DNA of 64,000 nucleotides from Eledone cirrhosa. Its lineage: Eukaryota. Below the pieces are notes generated by a model. It made no database searches, had not been told where the DNA came from, and saw nothing but the letters and a program-made list of their open reading frames with translations. The position numbers and the translations under genes were made by a program. Position 1 is the stretch's first letter. Each line of letters begins with the position of its first letter. Location of the stretch: the NCBI GenBank assembly GCA_964016885.1, contig OZ024742.1:139004001-139068000 (forward strand), written 5' to 3'. Shown here one piece after another: positions 1 through 16,326 of this stretch.

Positions 1-3000
1 ACTACCTCACTAGACACTACACACAACACTACCACACTAGACACTACACACAACACTACCACACTAGACACTACACACAACACTACCACACTAGACACTA
101 CACACAACACTACCTCACTAGACACTACCACACTAGACACTACACACAACACTACCACACTAGACACTACACACAACACTACCACACTAGACACTACACA
201 CAACACTACCTCACTAGACACTACACACAACACTACCACACTAGACACTACACTACCTCACTAGACACTACCACACTAGACACTACACTACCACACTACC
301 ACACTAGACACTACACACAACACTACCACACTAGACACTACACTACCACACTAGACACTACACACAACACTACCTCACTAGACACTACCACACTAGACAC
401 TACACACAACACTACTACACTAGACACTACACACAACACTACCACACTAGACACTACACACAACACTACCTCACTAGACACTACACACAACACTACCTCA
501 CTAGACACTACACACACCACTACCTCACTAGACACTACACACAACACTACCACACTAGACACTACACACAACACTACCTCACTAGACACTACACACAACA
601 CTACCACACTAGACACTACACACAACACTACCACACTAGACACTACACACAACACTACCACACTAGACACTACACACAACACTACCACACTAGACACTAC
701 ACACAACACTACCTCACTAGACACTACCACACTAGACACTACACACAACACTACCACACTAGACACTACACACAACACTACCACACTAGACACTACACAC
801 AACACTACCTCACTAGACACTACACACAACACTACCACACTAGACACAACACTACCTCACTAGACACTACACTACCTCACTAGACACTACACTACCACAC
901 TACCACACTAGACACTACACACAACACTACCACACTAGACACTACACTACCACACTAGACACTACACACAACACTACCTCACTAGACACTACCACACTAG
1001 ACACTAAACACAACACTACCACACTAGACACTACACACAACACTACCACACTAGACACTACACACAACACTACCTCACTAGACACTACACACAACACTAC
1101 CACACTAGACACAACACTACCTCACTAGACACTACATACTAGACACTACACACTACACTACCACACTAGACACTACACACTACACACACCACTACCTCAC
1201 TAGACACTACACACTACACACACCACTACCTCACTAGACACTACACACTACACACACCACTACCTCACTAGACACTACACACTACACACACCACTACCTC
1301 ACTAGACACTACACACTACACACACCACTACCTCACTAGACACTACACACTACACACACCACTACCTCACTAGACACTACACACTACACACAACACTACC
1401 ACACTAGACACTACACACAACACTACCTCACTAGACACTACACACAACACTACCACACTAGACACTACACACAACACTACCACACTAGACACTACACACA
1501 ACACTACCACACTACACACAACACTACCACACTAGACACTACACACAACACTACCACACTACACACAACACTACCACACTAGACACTACACACAACACTA
1601 CCACACTAGACACTACACACAACACTACCTCACTAGACACTACACACAACACTACCACACTAGACACTACACACAACACTACCACACTAGACACTACACA
1701 CAACACTACCACACTACACACAACACTACCTCACTAGACACTACACACAACACTACCACACTAGACACTACACTACCACACTAGACACTACACACAACAC
1801 TACCTCACTAGACACTACCACACTAGACACTACACACAACACTACCACACTAGACACTACACACAACACTACCACACTAGACACTACACACAACACTACC
1901 TCACTAGACACTACACACAACACTACCACACTAGACACAACACTACCTCACTAGACACTACATACTAGACACTACACACTACACTACCACACTAGACACT
2001 ACACACTACACACACCACTACCTCACTAGACACTACACACTACACACACCACTACCTCACTAGACACTACACACTACACACACCACTACCTCACTAGACA
2101 CTACACACTACACACACCACTACCTCACTAGACACTACACACTACACACACCACTACCTCACTAGACACTACACACTACACACACCACTACCTCACTAGA
2201 CACTACACACTACACACAACACTACCACACTAGACACTACACACAACACTACCTCACTAGACACTACACACAACACTACCACACTAGACACTACACACAA
2301 CACTACCACACTACACACAACACTACCACACTAGACACTACACACAACACTACCACACTACACACAACACTACCACACTAGACACTACACACAACACTAC
2401 CACACTAGACACTACACACAACACTACCTCACTAGACACTACACACAACACTACCACACTAGACACTACACACAACACTACCACACTAGACACTACACAC
2501 AACACTACCACACTACACACAACACTACCTCACTAGACACTACACACAACACTACCACACTAGACACTACACACAACACTACCACACTACACACAACACT
2601 ACCACACTAGACACTACACACAACACTACCACACTACACACAACACTACCACACTAGACACTACACACAACACTACCTCACTAGACACTACCACACTAGA
2701 CACTACACACAACACTACCACACTAGACACTACACACAACACTACCACACTAGACACTACACACAACACTACCACACTAGACACTACACACAACACTACC
2801 TCACTAGACACTACCACACTAGACACTACACACAACACTACCACACTAGACACTACACACAACACTACCACACTAGACACTACACACAACACTACCTCAC
2901 TAGACACTACACACAACACTACCACACTAGACACTACACTACCTCACTAGACACTACACTACCTCACTAGACACTACCACACTAGACACTACACTACCAC

Positions 3001-6000
3001 ACTACCACACTAGACACTACACACAACACTACCACACTAGACACTACACTACCACACTAGACACTACACACAACACTACCTCACTAGACACTACCACACT
3101 AGACACTACACACAACACTACTACACTAGACACTACACACAACACTACCACACTAGACACTACACACAACACTACCTCACTAGACACTACACACTACACA
3201 CACCACTACCTCACTAGACACTACACACAACACTACCACACTAGACACTACACACAACACTACCTCACTAGACACTACACACAACACTACCACACTAGAC
3301 ACTACACACAACACTACCACACTAGACACTACACACAACACTACCACACTAGACACTACACACAACACTACCTCACTAGACACTACCACACTAGACACTA
3401 CACACAACACTACCACACTAGACACTACACACAACACTACCACACTAGACACTACACACAACACTACCTCACTAGACACTACACACAACACTACCACACT
3501 AGACACTACACTACCTCACTAGACACTACACTACCTCACTAGACACTACCACACTAGACACTACACTACCACACTACCACACTAGACACTACACACAACA
3601 CTACCACACTAGACACTACACTACCACACTAGACACTACACACAACACTACCTCACTAGACACTACCACACTAGACACTACACACAACACTACCACACTA
3701 GACACTACACACAACACTACCACACTAGACACTACACACAACACTACCTCACTAGACACTACACACAACACTACCACACTAGACACAACACTACCTCACT
3801 AGACACTACATACTAGACACTACACACTACACTACCACACTAGACACTACACACTACACACACCACTACCTCACTAGACACTACACACTACACACACCAC
3901 TACCTCACTAGACACTACACACTACACACACCACTACCTCACTAGACACTACACACTACACACACCACTACCTCACTAGACACTACACACTACACACACC
4001 ACTACCTCACTAGACACTACACACTACACACACCACTACCTCACTAGACACTACACACTACACACAACACTACCACACTAGACACTACACACAACACTAC
4101 CTCACTAGACACTACACACAACACTACCACACTAGACACTACACACAACACTACCACACTAGACACTACACACAACACTACCACACTACACACAACACTA
4201 CCACACTAGACACTACACACAACACTACCACACTACACACAACACTACCACACTAGACACTACACACAACACTACCACACTAGACACTACACACAACACT
4301 ACCTCACTAGACACTACACACAACACTACCACACTAGACACTACACACAACACTACCACACTAGACACTACACACAACACTACCTCACTAGACACTACAC
4401 ACAACACTACCACACTAGACACTACACACAACACTACCACACTAGACACTACACACAACACTACCACACTACACACAACACTACCTCACTAGACACTACA
4501 CACAACACTACCACACTAGACACTACACACAACACTACCACACTACACACTACACACAACACTACCACACTACACACAACACTACCACACTAGACACTAC
4601 ACACAACACTACCACACTACACACAACACTACCACACTAGACACTACACACAACACTACCACACTAGACACTACACACAACACTACCTCACTAGACACTA
4701 CACACAACACTACCTCACTAGACACTACACACAACACTACCACACTAGACACTACACACAACACTACCACACTAGACACTACACACTACACTACCACACT
4801 AGACACTACACACTACACTACCACACTAGACACTACACACAACACTACCTCACTAGACACTACACTACCTCACTAGACACTACACACAACACTACCTCAC
4901 TAGACACTACACACAACACTACCACACTAGACACTACACACAACACTACCACACTAGACACTACACACAACACTACCACACTAGACACTACACACAACAC
5001 TACCACACTAGACACTACACACAACACTACCACACTAGACACTACACACAACACTACCTCACTAGACACTACACACAACACTACCACACTAGACACTACA
5101 CACAACACTACCACACTAGACACTACACACAACACTACCACACTAGACACTACACACAACACTACCACACTAGACACTACACACAACACTACCACACTAG
5201 ACACTACACACAACACTACCTCACTAGACACTACACACAACACTACCACACTAGATACTACACACAACACTACCACACTAGACACTACACACAACACTAC
5301 CACACTAGACACTACACACAACACTACCACACTAGACACTACACACAACACCACCACACTAGACACTACACACAACACTACCTCACTAGACACTACACAC
5401 AACACTACCACACTAGACACTACACACAACACTACCTCACTAGACACTACACACAACACTACCACACTAGACACTACACACAACACTACCACACTAGACA
5501 CTACACACTACACTACCACACTAGACACTACACTACCACACTAGACACTACACACAACACTACCTCACTAGACACTACACTACCTCACTAGACACTACAC
5601 ACAACACTACCTCACTAGACACTACACACAACACTACCACACTAGACACTACACACAACACTACCACACTAGACACTACACACTACACTACCACACTAGA
5701 CACTACACACAACACTACCTCACTAGACACTACACTACCTCACTAGACACTACACACTACACTACCTCACTAGACACTACACACAACACTACCACACTAG
5801 ACACTACACACAACACTACCACACTAGACACTACACACAACACTACCACACTAGACACTACACACAACACTACCACAATAGACACTACACACAACACTAC
5901 CACACTAGACACTACACACTACACTACCTCACTAGACACTACACACAACACTACCACACTAGACACTACACACAACACTACCACACTAGACACTACACAC

Positions 6001-9000
6001 AACACTACCACACTAGACACTACACACAACACTACCTCACTAGACACTACACACAACACTACCACACTAGACACTACACACAACACTACCACACTAGACA
6101 CTACACACAACACTACCACACTAGACACTACACACAACACTACCACACTAGACACTACACACAACACCACCACACTAGACACTACACACAACACTACCTC
6201 ACTAGACACTACACACAACACTACCACACTAGACACTACACACAACACTACCTCACTAGACACTACACACAACACTACCACACTAGACACTACACACAAC
6301 ACTACCACACTAGACACTACACACTACACTACCACACTAGACACTACACTACCACACTAGACACTACACACAACACTACCTCACTAGACACTACACTACC
6401 TCACTAGACACTACACACAACACTACCTCACTAGACACTACACACAACACTACCACACTAGACACTACACACAACACTACCACACTAGACACTACACACT
6501 ACACTACCACACTAGACACTACACACAACACTACCTCACTAGACACTACACTACCTCACTAGACACTACACACTACACTACCTCACTAGACACTACACAC
6601 AACACTACCACACTAGACACTACACACAACACTACCACACTAGACTCTACACACAACACTACCACACTAGACACTACACACAACACTACCACACTAGACA
6701 CTACACACAACACTACCACACTAGACACTACACACAACACTACCACACTAGACACTACACACAACACTACCTCACTAGACACTACACACAACACTACCAC
6801 ACTAGACACTACACTACCTCACTAGACACTACACACAACACTACCACACTAGACACTACACACAACACTACCACACTAGACACTACACACAACACTACCA
6901 CACTAGACACTACACACTACACTACCACACTAGACACTACACACAACACTACCACACTAGACACTACACACAACACTACCTCACTAGACACTACACACAA
7001 CACTACCTCACTAGACACTACACACAACACTACCACACTAGACACTACACACAACACTACCACACTAGACACTACACACAACACTACCACACTAGACACT
7101 ACACACAACACTACCACACTAGACACTACACACAACACTACCTCACTAGACACTACACACAACACTACCACACTAGACACTACACACAACACTACCACAC
7201 TAGACACTACACACAACACTACCACACTAGACACTACACACTACACTACCTCACTAGACACTACACACAACACTACCACACTAGACACTACACTACCTCA
7301 CTAGACACTACACACAACACTACCACACTAGACACTACACACAACACTACCACACTAGACACTACACACAACACTACCACACTAGACACTACACACTACA
7401 CTACCACACTAGACACTACACACTACACTACCACACTAGACACTACACACAACACTACCACACTAGACACTACACACAACACTACCTCACTAGACACTAC
7501 ACACAACACCACCACACTAGACACTACACACAACACTACCACACTAGACACTACACACAACACTACCACACTAGACACTACACACAACACTACCACACTA
7601 GACACTACACACAACACTACCACACTAGACACTACACACAACACTACCACACTAGACACTACACACTACACTACCACACTAGACACTACACACAACACTA
7701 CCTCACTAGACACTACACACAACACCTACCACACTAGACACTACACACAACACTACCACACTAGACACTACAACTACCTCACTAGACACTACACACAACA
7801 CTACCACACTAGACACTACACACAACACTACCTCACTAGACACTACACACAACACTACCACACTAGACACTACACACAACACTACCACACTACACACAAC
7901 ACTACCACACTAGACACTACACACAACACTACCACACTAGACACTACACACAACACTACCACACTAGACACTACACACAACACTACCACACTACACACAA
8001 CACTACCACACTAGACACTACACACAACACTACCACACTAGACACTACACACAACACTACCACACTAGACACTACACTACCACACTAGACACTACACACA
8101 ACACTACCTCACTAGACACTACCACACAACACTACCACACAACACTACCTCACTAGACACTACACACAACACTACCACACTAGACACTACACACAACACT
8201 ACCACACTAGACACTACACACAACACTACACACAACACTACCACACTAGACACTACACACAACACTACCACACTAGACACTACACACAACACTACCTCAC
8301 TAGACACTACACACAACACTACCACACTAGACACTACACACAACACTACCTCACTAGACACTACACACAACACTACCACACTAGACACTACACACAACAC
8401 TACCACACTACACACAACACTAGACACTACACACAACACTACCACACTAGACACTACCACACTAGACACTACACACAACACTACCACACTAGACACTACA
8501 CACAACACTACCACACTACACACAACACTACCACACTAGACACTACACACAACACTACCACACTAGACACTACACACAACACTACCACACTAGACACTAC
8601 ACACAACACTACCACACTAGACACTACACACAACACTACCTCACTAGACACTACACACAACACTACCACACTAGACACTACACACAACACTACCACACTA
8701 GACACTACACACAACACTACCACACTACACACAACACTACCACACTAGACACTACACACAACACTACCACACTAGACACTACACACAACACTACCACACT
8801 AGACACTACACACAACACTACCTCACTAGACACTACACACAACACTACCTCACTAGACACTACACACAACACTACCACACTAGACACTACACACAACACT
8901 ACCACACTAGACACTACACACAACACTACCACACTAGACACTACACACAACACTACCACACTAGACACTACACACAACACTACCACACTAGACACTACAC

Positions 9001-10087
9001 ACAACCCTACCACACTAGACACTACACACAACACTACCACACTAGACACTACACACAACACTACCTCACTAGACACTACACTACCTCACTAGACACTACA
9101 CACAACACTACCTCACTAGACACTACACACAACACTACCACACTAGACACTACACACAACACTACCACACTAGACACTACACACAACACTACCACACTAG
9201 ACACTACACACAACACTACCACACTAGACACTACACACAACACTACCACACTAGACACTACACACAACACTACCACACTAGACACTACACACAACACTAC
9301 CTCACTAGACACTACACACAACACTACCACACTAGACACTACACACAACACTACCACACTAGACACTACACACAACACTACCACACTAGACACTACACAC
9401 AACACTACCACACTAGACACTACACACAACACTACCACACTAGACACTACACACAACACTACCACACTAGACACTACACACAACACTACCTCACTAGACA
9501 CTACACACAACACTACCACACTAGACACTACACACAACACTACCACACTAGACACTACACACAACACTAGACACTACACACAACACTACCACACTAGACA
9601 CTACACACAACACCACCACACTAGACACTACACACAACACTACCTCACTAGACACTACACACAACACTACCACACTAGACACTACACACAACACTACCTC
9701 ACTAGACACTACACACAACACTACCACACTAGACACTACACACAACACTACCACACTAGACACTACACTACCACACTAGACACTACACTACCACACTAGA
9801 CACTACACACAACACTACCTCACTAGACACTACACACAACACTACCTCACTAGACACTACACACAACACTACCACACTAGACACTACACACAACACTACC
9901 ACACTAGACACTACACACTACACTACCACACTAGACACTACACACAACACTACCTCACTAGACACTACACTACCTCACTAGACACTACACACAACACTAC
10001 CTCACTAGACACTACACACAACACTACCACACTAGACACTACACACAACACTACCACACTAGACACTACACACAACACTACCACACT
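1..10087. repeat. Tandem satellite, main unit 27 bp (ACTACCACACTAGACACTACACACAAC, CAC/CTC variants), with shorter and 34-bp length variants
   Basis: Directly visible tandem repetition built from ACACTAC/ACACTAG/ACACAAC heptamer-like subunits; strongly C/A-rich on +; runs off the window start and ends at the N gap. Confidence 0.98.
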
Positions 10088-10287
10088 NNNNNNNNNNNNN
10101 NNNNNNNNNNNNNNNNNNNNNNNNNNNNNNNNNNNNNNNNNNNNNNNNNNNNNNNNNNNNNNNNNNNNNNNNNNNNNNNNNNNNNNNNNNNNNNNNNNNN
10201 NNNNNNNNNNNNNNNNNNNNNNNNNNNNNNNNNNNNNNNNNNNNNNNNNNNNNNNNNNNNNNNNNNNNNNNNNNNNNNNNNNNNNNN
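10088..10287. other. Assembly gap (200 N)
   Basis: Exactly 200 Ns, typical of a fixed-length scaffolding join. Confidence 0.99.
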
Positions 10288-10419
10288 GTAGGCTTATAAA
10301 GCCTTTAGTTGCAGGGCGGCGCTCTATAGACTGACAGATATACAGAGTATCTGGAGCTGACTCCAGCTTGAGTTAAAACACGAGTTAAATCATTCCTTTG
10401 TTTTCAGGGTATTTACTTA

Positions 10420-10700
10420 CAACAAAAAGCACCCAGTTCATAAAGTGGTTGTGTTGGTGTCATGACATTAAGTGCCCAGTCTACACTATAAAGTGGTTGT
10501 TTTGCCGTCAATATAAAAAGCATCCAGTCGACGCTGTAAATGTGGTTGGCATTAGGAAGGGCCTCCAGCCATAGAAACCAAGCCAGAAACAGTTCTGTAA
10601 TGAGCAAGACATGATTATCCGATCTGACTTCACTCACAACAGGACAACTCATCTAACTCATGGTAGCATGGAAAAATGGATGTTAAATGATGATTTAGGC
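10420..10700 (+). mobile_element. Short interspersed repeat with RTE-type 3' tail (GGCATTAGGAAGGGCATCCAG...CATGGAAAAATGGATGTTAAATGATGAT)
   Basis: Same sequence recurs at ~14425-14580, 17580-17880, 19580-19790, 21020-21205, 21343-21700(-) and as the 3' end of the RTE copies at 22650-22896 and 23148-23420. Confidence 0.7.
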
Positions 10701-11216
10701 AGCTTCAGTAGAATGGTGATTATGATGATGATTTAGGCAGCTTCAGTAGAATGTTTCTGTATCAATACATATTTATGGTATATAATGTGAGAATGCTGCT
10801 TAAGATAGACCAACATTTTATCCAAGAGATATTTAATTTTCATTTAGTTTGTACTAAGAAATTTGAGCTTAGCCTATTGGCAGTTTTTTTTTATCATTTC
10901 ATAAAAATACTGGTGAGATGAGAAGCATTTATTTCATTCATAGGATTGAAATAAATGCTTCTTAACGTTCTTTCTAATAACACATTCACTATTTTGTTTG
11001 CCAGGACCATCAAAGATTTCCATGCTTTGTTATTGTATAATAAATTCCTTTTTATTGTTATTATAATAACAAAAGAATATAGATTTACATTCTAGGAAGA
11101 TGTTGGAATGACATGCAGGGGAGATAATTCAATACCAAACAAGGTTTGATTGGTTAGCTAAATCTTCATGTGTACCGAAGCAAATCTCTCACATCTGTAC
11201 TATGTAAATACAGCTT

Positions 11217-11407
11217 TTAACTCTTGGCATACGGTTATGGTTTAGCAGAAACTGTTTTGTTAATTCAAATCTTTACAAGACGATAGATTCCTCTGGAAAT
11301 TTACAGTATAAAGTAAAGACTTCAAATTTTTAATGTGATGCTGTTTTTTACTTTTCAAGAATGCCTTGCTAATGCAGTTTAATGTGGTACAGGGTGTTAA
11401 GAGTTAA
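11217..11407. mobile_element. Possible piggyBac-like MITE relic
   Basis: TTAA-CTCTT at left and AAGAG-TTAA at right (short degenerate TIR, TTAA flanks). Confidence 0.35.
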
Positions 11408-11699
11408 AAAAAATGAAAACAACATAAATCAGAATGAAACAACTGTATATTGATATCAGTGGTTCCCAAAGTTCACAATATTATCCTCTGGAGACAAAAT
11501 ATTGGTTAGCGGGAAGGTGAAAAGTGGAAGGTGTTGTTTGGCTGCAAGAAATTGTTGGTGCATTGCTAGATCACTCTAAGATGTTATATATTTTAAGTTT
11601 AGAAATTTAAGAGTAATTATCATACTCTGCTGCCAAACATAGGATATATAATTTAGCCTAAGGTATGACAAATGATGTGTTACAATAAATTGTAATACT

Positions 11700-12130
11700 G
11701 CTGTGATTGGGCTTCTGTATCTTCTTCAGAACAACTGTTGAGTCTGTGTTGTTATATGGATCAAGTACAAAGACACTAACATAAGCACTTAAGAAGAAAC
11801 TATATAGTACATAACACTAAAATGCTTAGGATTGTATAAAACAAACTGGTATCAATGTATTGCATATGAAGGTTTATACGGAAACTACACTTGCTCAAAA
11901 ACGGTTACAATTTGCAGGACATTGCTGGAAAAGTAAGCAGGAAGTTTTATACAAATTACCATTGTGGGAACCAACCCACAGGGGGATGCAGAAGAGGAAG
12001 ACCTGTTTGAACATTCATCAATCAACTCTCAGATGATACAAACCTCAGTAGAGAGCAGTTGCCAGTAGCAATGAAAAATTGTGAATTGTGAAGAGACTTT
12101 GTCAGGAATGTTCAATTGTGGTTGTAATGA
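11700..12130 (+). mobile_element. Decayed RTE-group LINE ORF2 3' fragment
   Basis: Interrupted translation FRTTVESVLLYGS...KRLQFAGHCWKSKQEV...LWEPTH..RRGRP..TFINQL, typical of the RTE/RTEX C-terminus. Confidence 0.6.
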
Positions 12131-13049
12131 TGGTGTTTCTTGTGAGACTATAGATCTGCACCTGATAAGATACAGGTGAGAGCCTGGGCAAAGTATTTTG
12201 TGAAGGAGCAGCAGCTGCTAAAATTATTAACAAGCTCATTATGAGGTGATCAAACATGTTTCTGCATTAACCCTTCAGCATTTGCATTACTCTATATATA
12301 CTATTGCATTGTCACAGTATATCTCACATAATACCAAATCTATGAGATTTTGATATTATTTATTTTGAGAACAATACCTTAACATAAGTATGAGTGGCCG
12401 GTTATGGCTGGTTTTACCAGAAAGAGGCGAGAGAATTCCGGCCGGATATGGCCGGTTTAAATGTCTTTGTATGGCAATAGATATCAAAGATATCAACAAT
12501 CAATACCATCGCTACTTCAATAGTACAAGCCACAAAAGTGTTGGGGGAGCACTTTCTGGCATGCAAAACCCCAAGTACATGTCAATTTATGGTCCCATCT
12601 GACAGAATGGAGACAGCATCACCCTGGGGAAAGTAAGGGAGACGTGTTAAAATAGCCATTCTAACTCCTGAGGCTCATTCTTGCAGGTGGTTAAATCCAA
12701 GCCATTAATAGTAAGGTTTTTCTGAGACCTAGAAAACTTGCTACAGGTTCAACGACAAACCCATTGGAAAGCAGGTGGTATTTGAAAAGCTTGAGATTTT
12801 CAGCTTGTTAGGCAACAAAATGTTGTTCTGTCGCCAAAGGCACCAATTTTTTGCTGCAGAAAATGTTGCCACATAAGCAGTTGCTTATGCAAGCAAGTCA
12901 CCTCTCTCCATGCCACTGGTGTATTCTAAAGGAAAGACAACGGTTGATACAGCATAGCACCAGTGATGTTGCAAGCAAATTAAGAATGCAATGAGATAGT
13001 GTAGGATATCACATCTGATCCTCTAACAATTTTGTCAATCCACCACTAC

Positions 13050-13190
13050 TGGATTGGTATTTTACTTATCGACCCCAAAAGGTTGAAAGACAAAGTTGAC
13101 CATGCTAGGATTTGAACTCTGAATGCAGAGAGCAGGAACAAATGCCATGAGGTATTTAATCTAACACTCTAACAACAATTCTGCAGTGAT
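13050..13190 (-). mobile_element. tRNA-derived SINE fragment (family with core TCGACTTTGCCTTTCATCCTTTCGGGGTCGATAAAATAAAGTACC)
   Basis: B-box-like GAGTTCAAATCC on minus; related copies at ~17113-17270, 17330-17425, 24590-24730(+), 25680-25770, 25820-25885, 25950-26120, 29681-29797, 30575-30680. Confidence 0.7.
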
Positions 13191-13375
13191 GTGCAACCAG
13201 CTAGTCCCTTCATTGGTGCCTTTAAACAGGTAAGATGTAGTATTTAAAGGTGATTGATATATAGATGGAGACACATGGGTTTGGATATCTTTGAGAACCA
13301 CAGATACACACTATGAATGGTTCATGGTGGACAAGAGAAAATGAAATGAATAGATGTTAAAATATTGAAACTGAC

Positions 13376-13530
13376 TTGGAATGTGCAGTTGCTTGCAGAA
13401 GTTCTTCATTGAAGACAATTTTCACTTTATCTGATGTAGCAAGATCAAGTGGAATTCGTTGAGCTTTGTTTTGTATGCCTGGGTCTGCCCCAGCAGAAAG
13501 TAAAGTGCGTACACTGTCAGCCTCTCCCAA
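13376..13530 (-). CDS. Ankyrin-repeat protein, coding exon 3 (LGEADSVRTLLSAGADPGIQNKAQRIPLDLATSDKVKIVFNEELLQATAHS)
   Basis: Acceptor ttaattatag, donor GTCAGT, 155 bp; phase 0 entry matches exon 2; completes the ankyrin consensus (VRTLL..GADP..QN....PLDLA). Confidence 0.9.
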
Positions 13531-15429
13531 CTATAATTAAAAGAGACACCTATTAATGGGAGTAGAAAAGAAGTGAATTTTGCAAAAACAGTAGAGTGTG
13601 AGAATAAATACATAAACAGATTGCAGAGATCTACATCTGTATACACTATGACTTCAAATACTGTTTTGACATCCCTCTGAAGTTGATAAAATATGCATCT
13701 GTAATGTTTCCACCTCAGTTTCATTGTTATCAACTTCAATTTTGTCTTTGTCAATCACAAAATAGTCATTGTCCACCACAATTTTTTTAATGTCAATCTT
13801 AATTCTGCCATCAGCAATTTCAATTTTGTCAAAGCAGATAACATTATGGGCTTGGCTGGTCTTGTTTGGAGATCCAGCAACGTCAAATGAAGACGGTTGC
13901 TTCTAACAGGACCTTCTGAGGACTCTATTAGGACCCTGTGATCACCCCTTTGACTCATCCTTGCAATATTTTTTTCTTCTTCCAAATCTCTTTCATCTCT
14001 CAGTGTTCTCTTTCAAGAAGATGATGTTACATTTGTTATTGTTGTTGTTGATCTCAATCTCAGCCCTGATTTCCAGTGTTTTAACCAGGAGTTCATTGCT
14101 CAAGACATCAACACACTAACCAGTCTAAGAATTTAACCCACAATATTAGGATTGTAAGTTTAACACCCTTACCACAAGACCACACACCTCCACACACTAT
14201 AGTATAGTATGTAGTTTTAAATGTAGATATATTTACAGTAATGTAGGGTACAACAATGATTTAATATAAAACTTGCAATCCTTTTTGACATTCTTTTACA
14301 ATTCTCTCACAAGTAGCCACTGATATCAAGTCTCATTCTTCATAATAATAATAGTTATATGCTTCATCCTACAGTATTGATGACTACTACTACTACTACT
14401 ACTTCTCCTCCTTCTTCTCATGTTCATTTGGTTGGCATTAGGAATGGCATCTAACCATAGAAATTAAGCCAGAAACAGTTCTGTAATGAGCAAGACACGG
14501 TCATGTGACCTGACTTGACTCACAATACGACAACTCATCTAACTAATGCTTGCATGGAAAAATGGATGCTGATGATGATACATATGTAGTAGAACTGTAT
14601 ATTGCTAATAATATAAAGTAAGTAATATTTCATTTATCTAACTGATTATATGTTCTATACGTTTTTCATACAAGATATCTAAATTGTTGTACCAATAATA
14701 ATATTTTGTGCCTTCCCTGTTTCGGAAATTTTAGCACCTTTACATTGAATGGTTATTGGTCAACAAGTTGGTGTGTATTTTTTATCTACAAATATCTTCA
14801 TTATATATATTTGAAATGTGGTAGTTCAAATGCAGATGACTATAATAATGGTCAATCACTATAAATTATACTTGTAAAAATCGGATACAGTACTCCTGGA
14901 GACAGAATTGTGACCCCCAATACTTTTTCTGACACAAGAAGTATTTTACCTACTTAACAATTATTTATAATGATTGATGTATTATTGTTGAAAAATGAGG
15001 TGATGATGTGCTGGTGGGAGCTCCATGATTGGTCAAGAACTGGCTTTCTTTACAGTTTCCACCTACTAAATACATTGACAAGGCATTAGTCAGCCCAAGC
15101 CTATGATAGAAGACTAGACCAAAGGTGGCAGACAGAGGGATAGAATTGAAGACCTTGTGGTTGTAGAGCAAACTTCTTAATTACACAGGAAGAAAAAGGA
15201 ATCGGTAGAAACATTTCAACAGATAATTTGGGGCAGTTACACAAATGCATACTCAATCAATCAATAACTAGAATCACCACCACCATCCCACCTAACATCC
15301 CATATAAAAAGGAAATTTAAAATGTCACAAAAACACAGATGGCTAATCACTATAAATAATAATTGAAAAAAGGGGCTAAAATACTCCTTGAAACAGGAAA
15401 ATAATTTGCACAGGGTCACATTTCTGTCT

Positions 15430-15972
15430 TCATGGGTATCTTATCCTATATTTTCAAGTATAATTATAGTCATCTGTATTTGGACGATTACATTACAAAG
15501 CCCTATCTTCTCTTCTATTCACTAGCATTTTAGTTTTGGCTAAGTTTACTGTTAGACCTTCTGATTCTAAATTCTGTTTCCATAGTCAGAACTTATTTTC
15601 TAGGTATTTATTCGATTCAGCTATAATGACCAGATCATTTGAATAGAGAAGTTCCCATGGGCAGCCGGTCATAAACTCCTCTGTTATAGCCTAGAAGACT
15701 ATAATGAATATTAAGAACCAAACCTTGATGAACTCCTACATGTACCTTGAATTCCTCACTAAACTCATTTCCTACTCTCATTTTGCTGAGAGCTCCTCTG
15801 TACATGACTTGCACTGCTCTCACCAACCATTCTTCTACACCTAATTTCCTTAAGGACCACCAGATAATAGATTGGGGTACTCTGTCAAATGCTATTTCTA
15901 GGTCAATGAAAGCTAGATATAGTGGCTTATATTTGCCTAAGAACATCTCTTGTAGTTGCCTCACTAAATATA
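15430..15972 (-). mobile_element. RTE-clade LINE reverse transcriptase fragment
   Basis: LVRQLQE...LYLAFIDLEIAFDRVP..IWWSLRKLGVEEWLVRAVQVMY...GVHQG, frameshifted. Confidence 0.85.
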
Positions 15973-16246
15973 ATGCTAGCATGAAAAAATGGACATTAAA
16001 TGGGATGATGATGATGTATATGAAGCAATATCTATAGGTGTGAAAAGGAAAAGGGAAAACAGTGCTCAATCATGAAGAGTAGAAAATGTTATAAACTCGT
16101 ATAAGTGCCTCAAGATAGGTCACAATTTTGATGCCTCTTGTATTCTGGAGGTGTGATCAATATTGGGGCTTGAAACCTTCGGTAGTGCTTTTGTTCCATT
16201 ACTACATTAATAAATAATATATATATATATATATATATAAACTTAC

Positions 16247-16326
16247 CATTGTAGCAAGGTGAAGAAGAGTTCCTTCTTCACAACAAAATTCACTTAAAAC
16301 TGTTGGCAAATCTTTTACTTCTGAGC
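16247..16326 (-). CDS. Ankyrin-repeat protein, coding exon 2 (SSEVKDLPTVLSEFCCEEGTLLHLATM)
   Basis: Acceptor tttgtttttaatag, donor GTAAGT, 80 bp; phase 1 entry matches exon 1; GTLLHLA ankyrin motif. Confidence 0.9.

Noticed and set aside
338-9763. Minus-strand Val/Ser/Cys-rich ORFs (SSVVVLCVV)n
   Set aside because: Artefact of a 27-bp unit lacking stops in one frame; no true ATG, and the frame breaks at every length variant
1-10087. Telomere or CRISPR interpretation of the array
   Set aside because: No (CCCTAA)n and no unique spacers; the strand skew is telomere-like but position on the chromosome is unknown
11100-12270. Candidates for ankyrin exon 4
   Set aside because: The acceptor-like sites I tested give early stops or no ankyrin motif in phase 2
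13422-13754. 110-aa ORF overlapping exon 3
   Set aside because: Wrong frame; the ankyrin frame is bounded by splice sites
13700-13990. Gypsy integrase C-terminal relic (PVRSNRLHL)
   Set aside because: Too short and degenerate to support
16125-16190. Hammerhead-like 3' half GAAACCTTCGGTA
   Set aside because: No intact CUGANGA upstream
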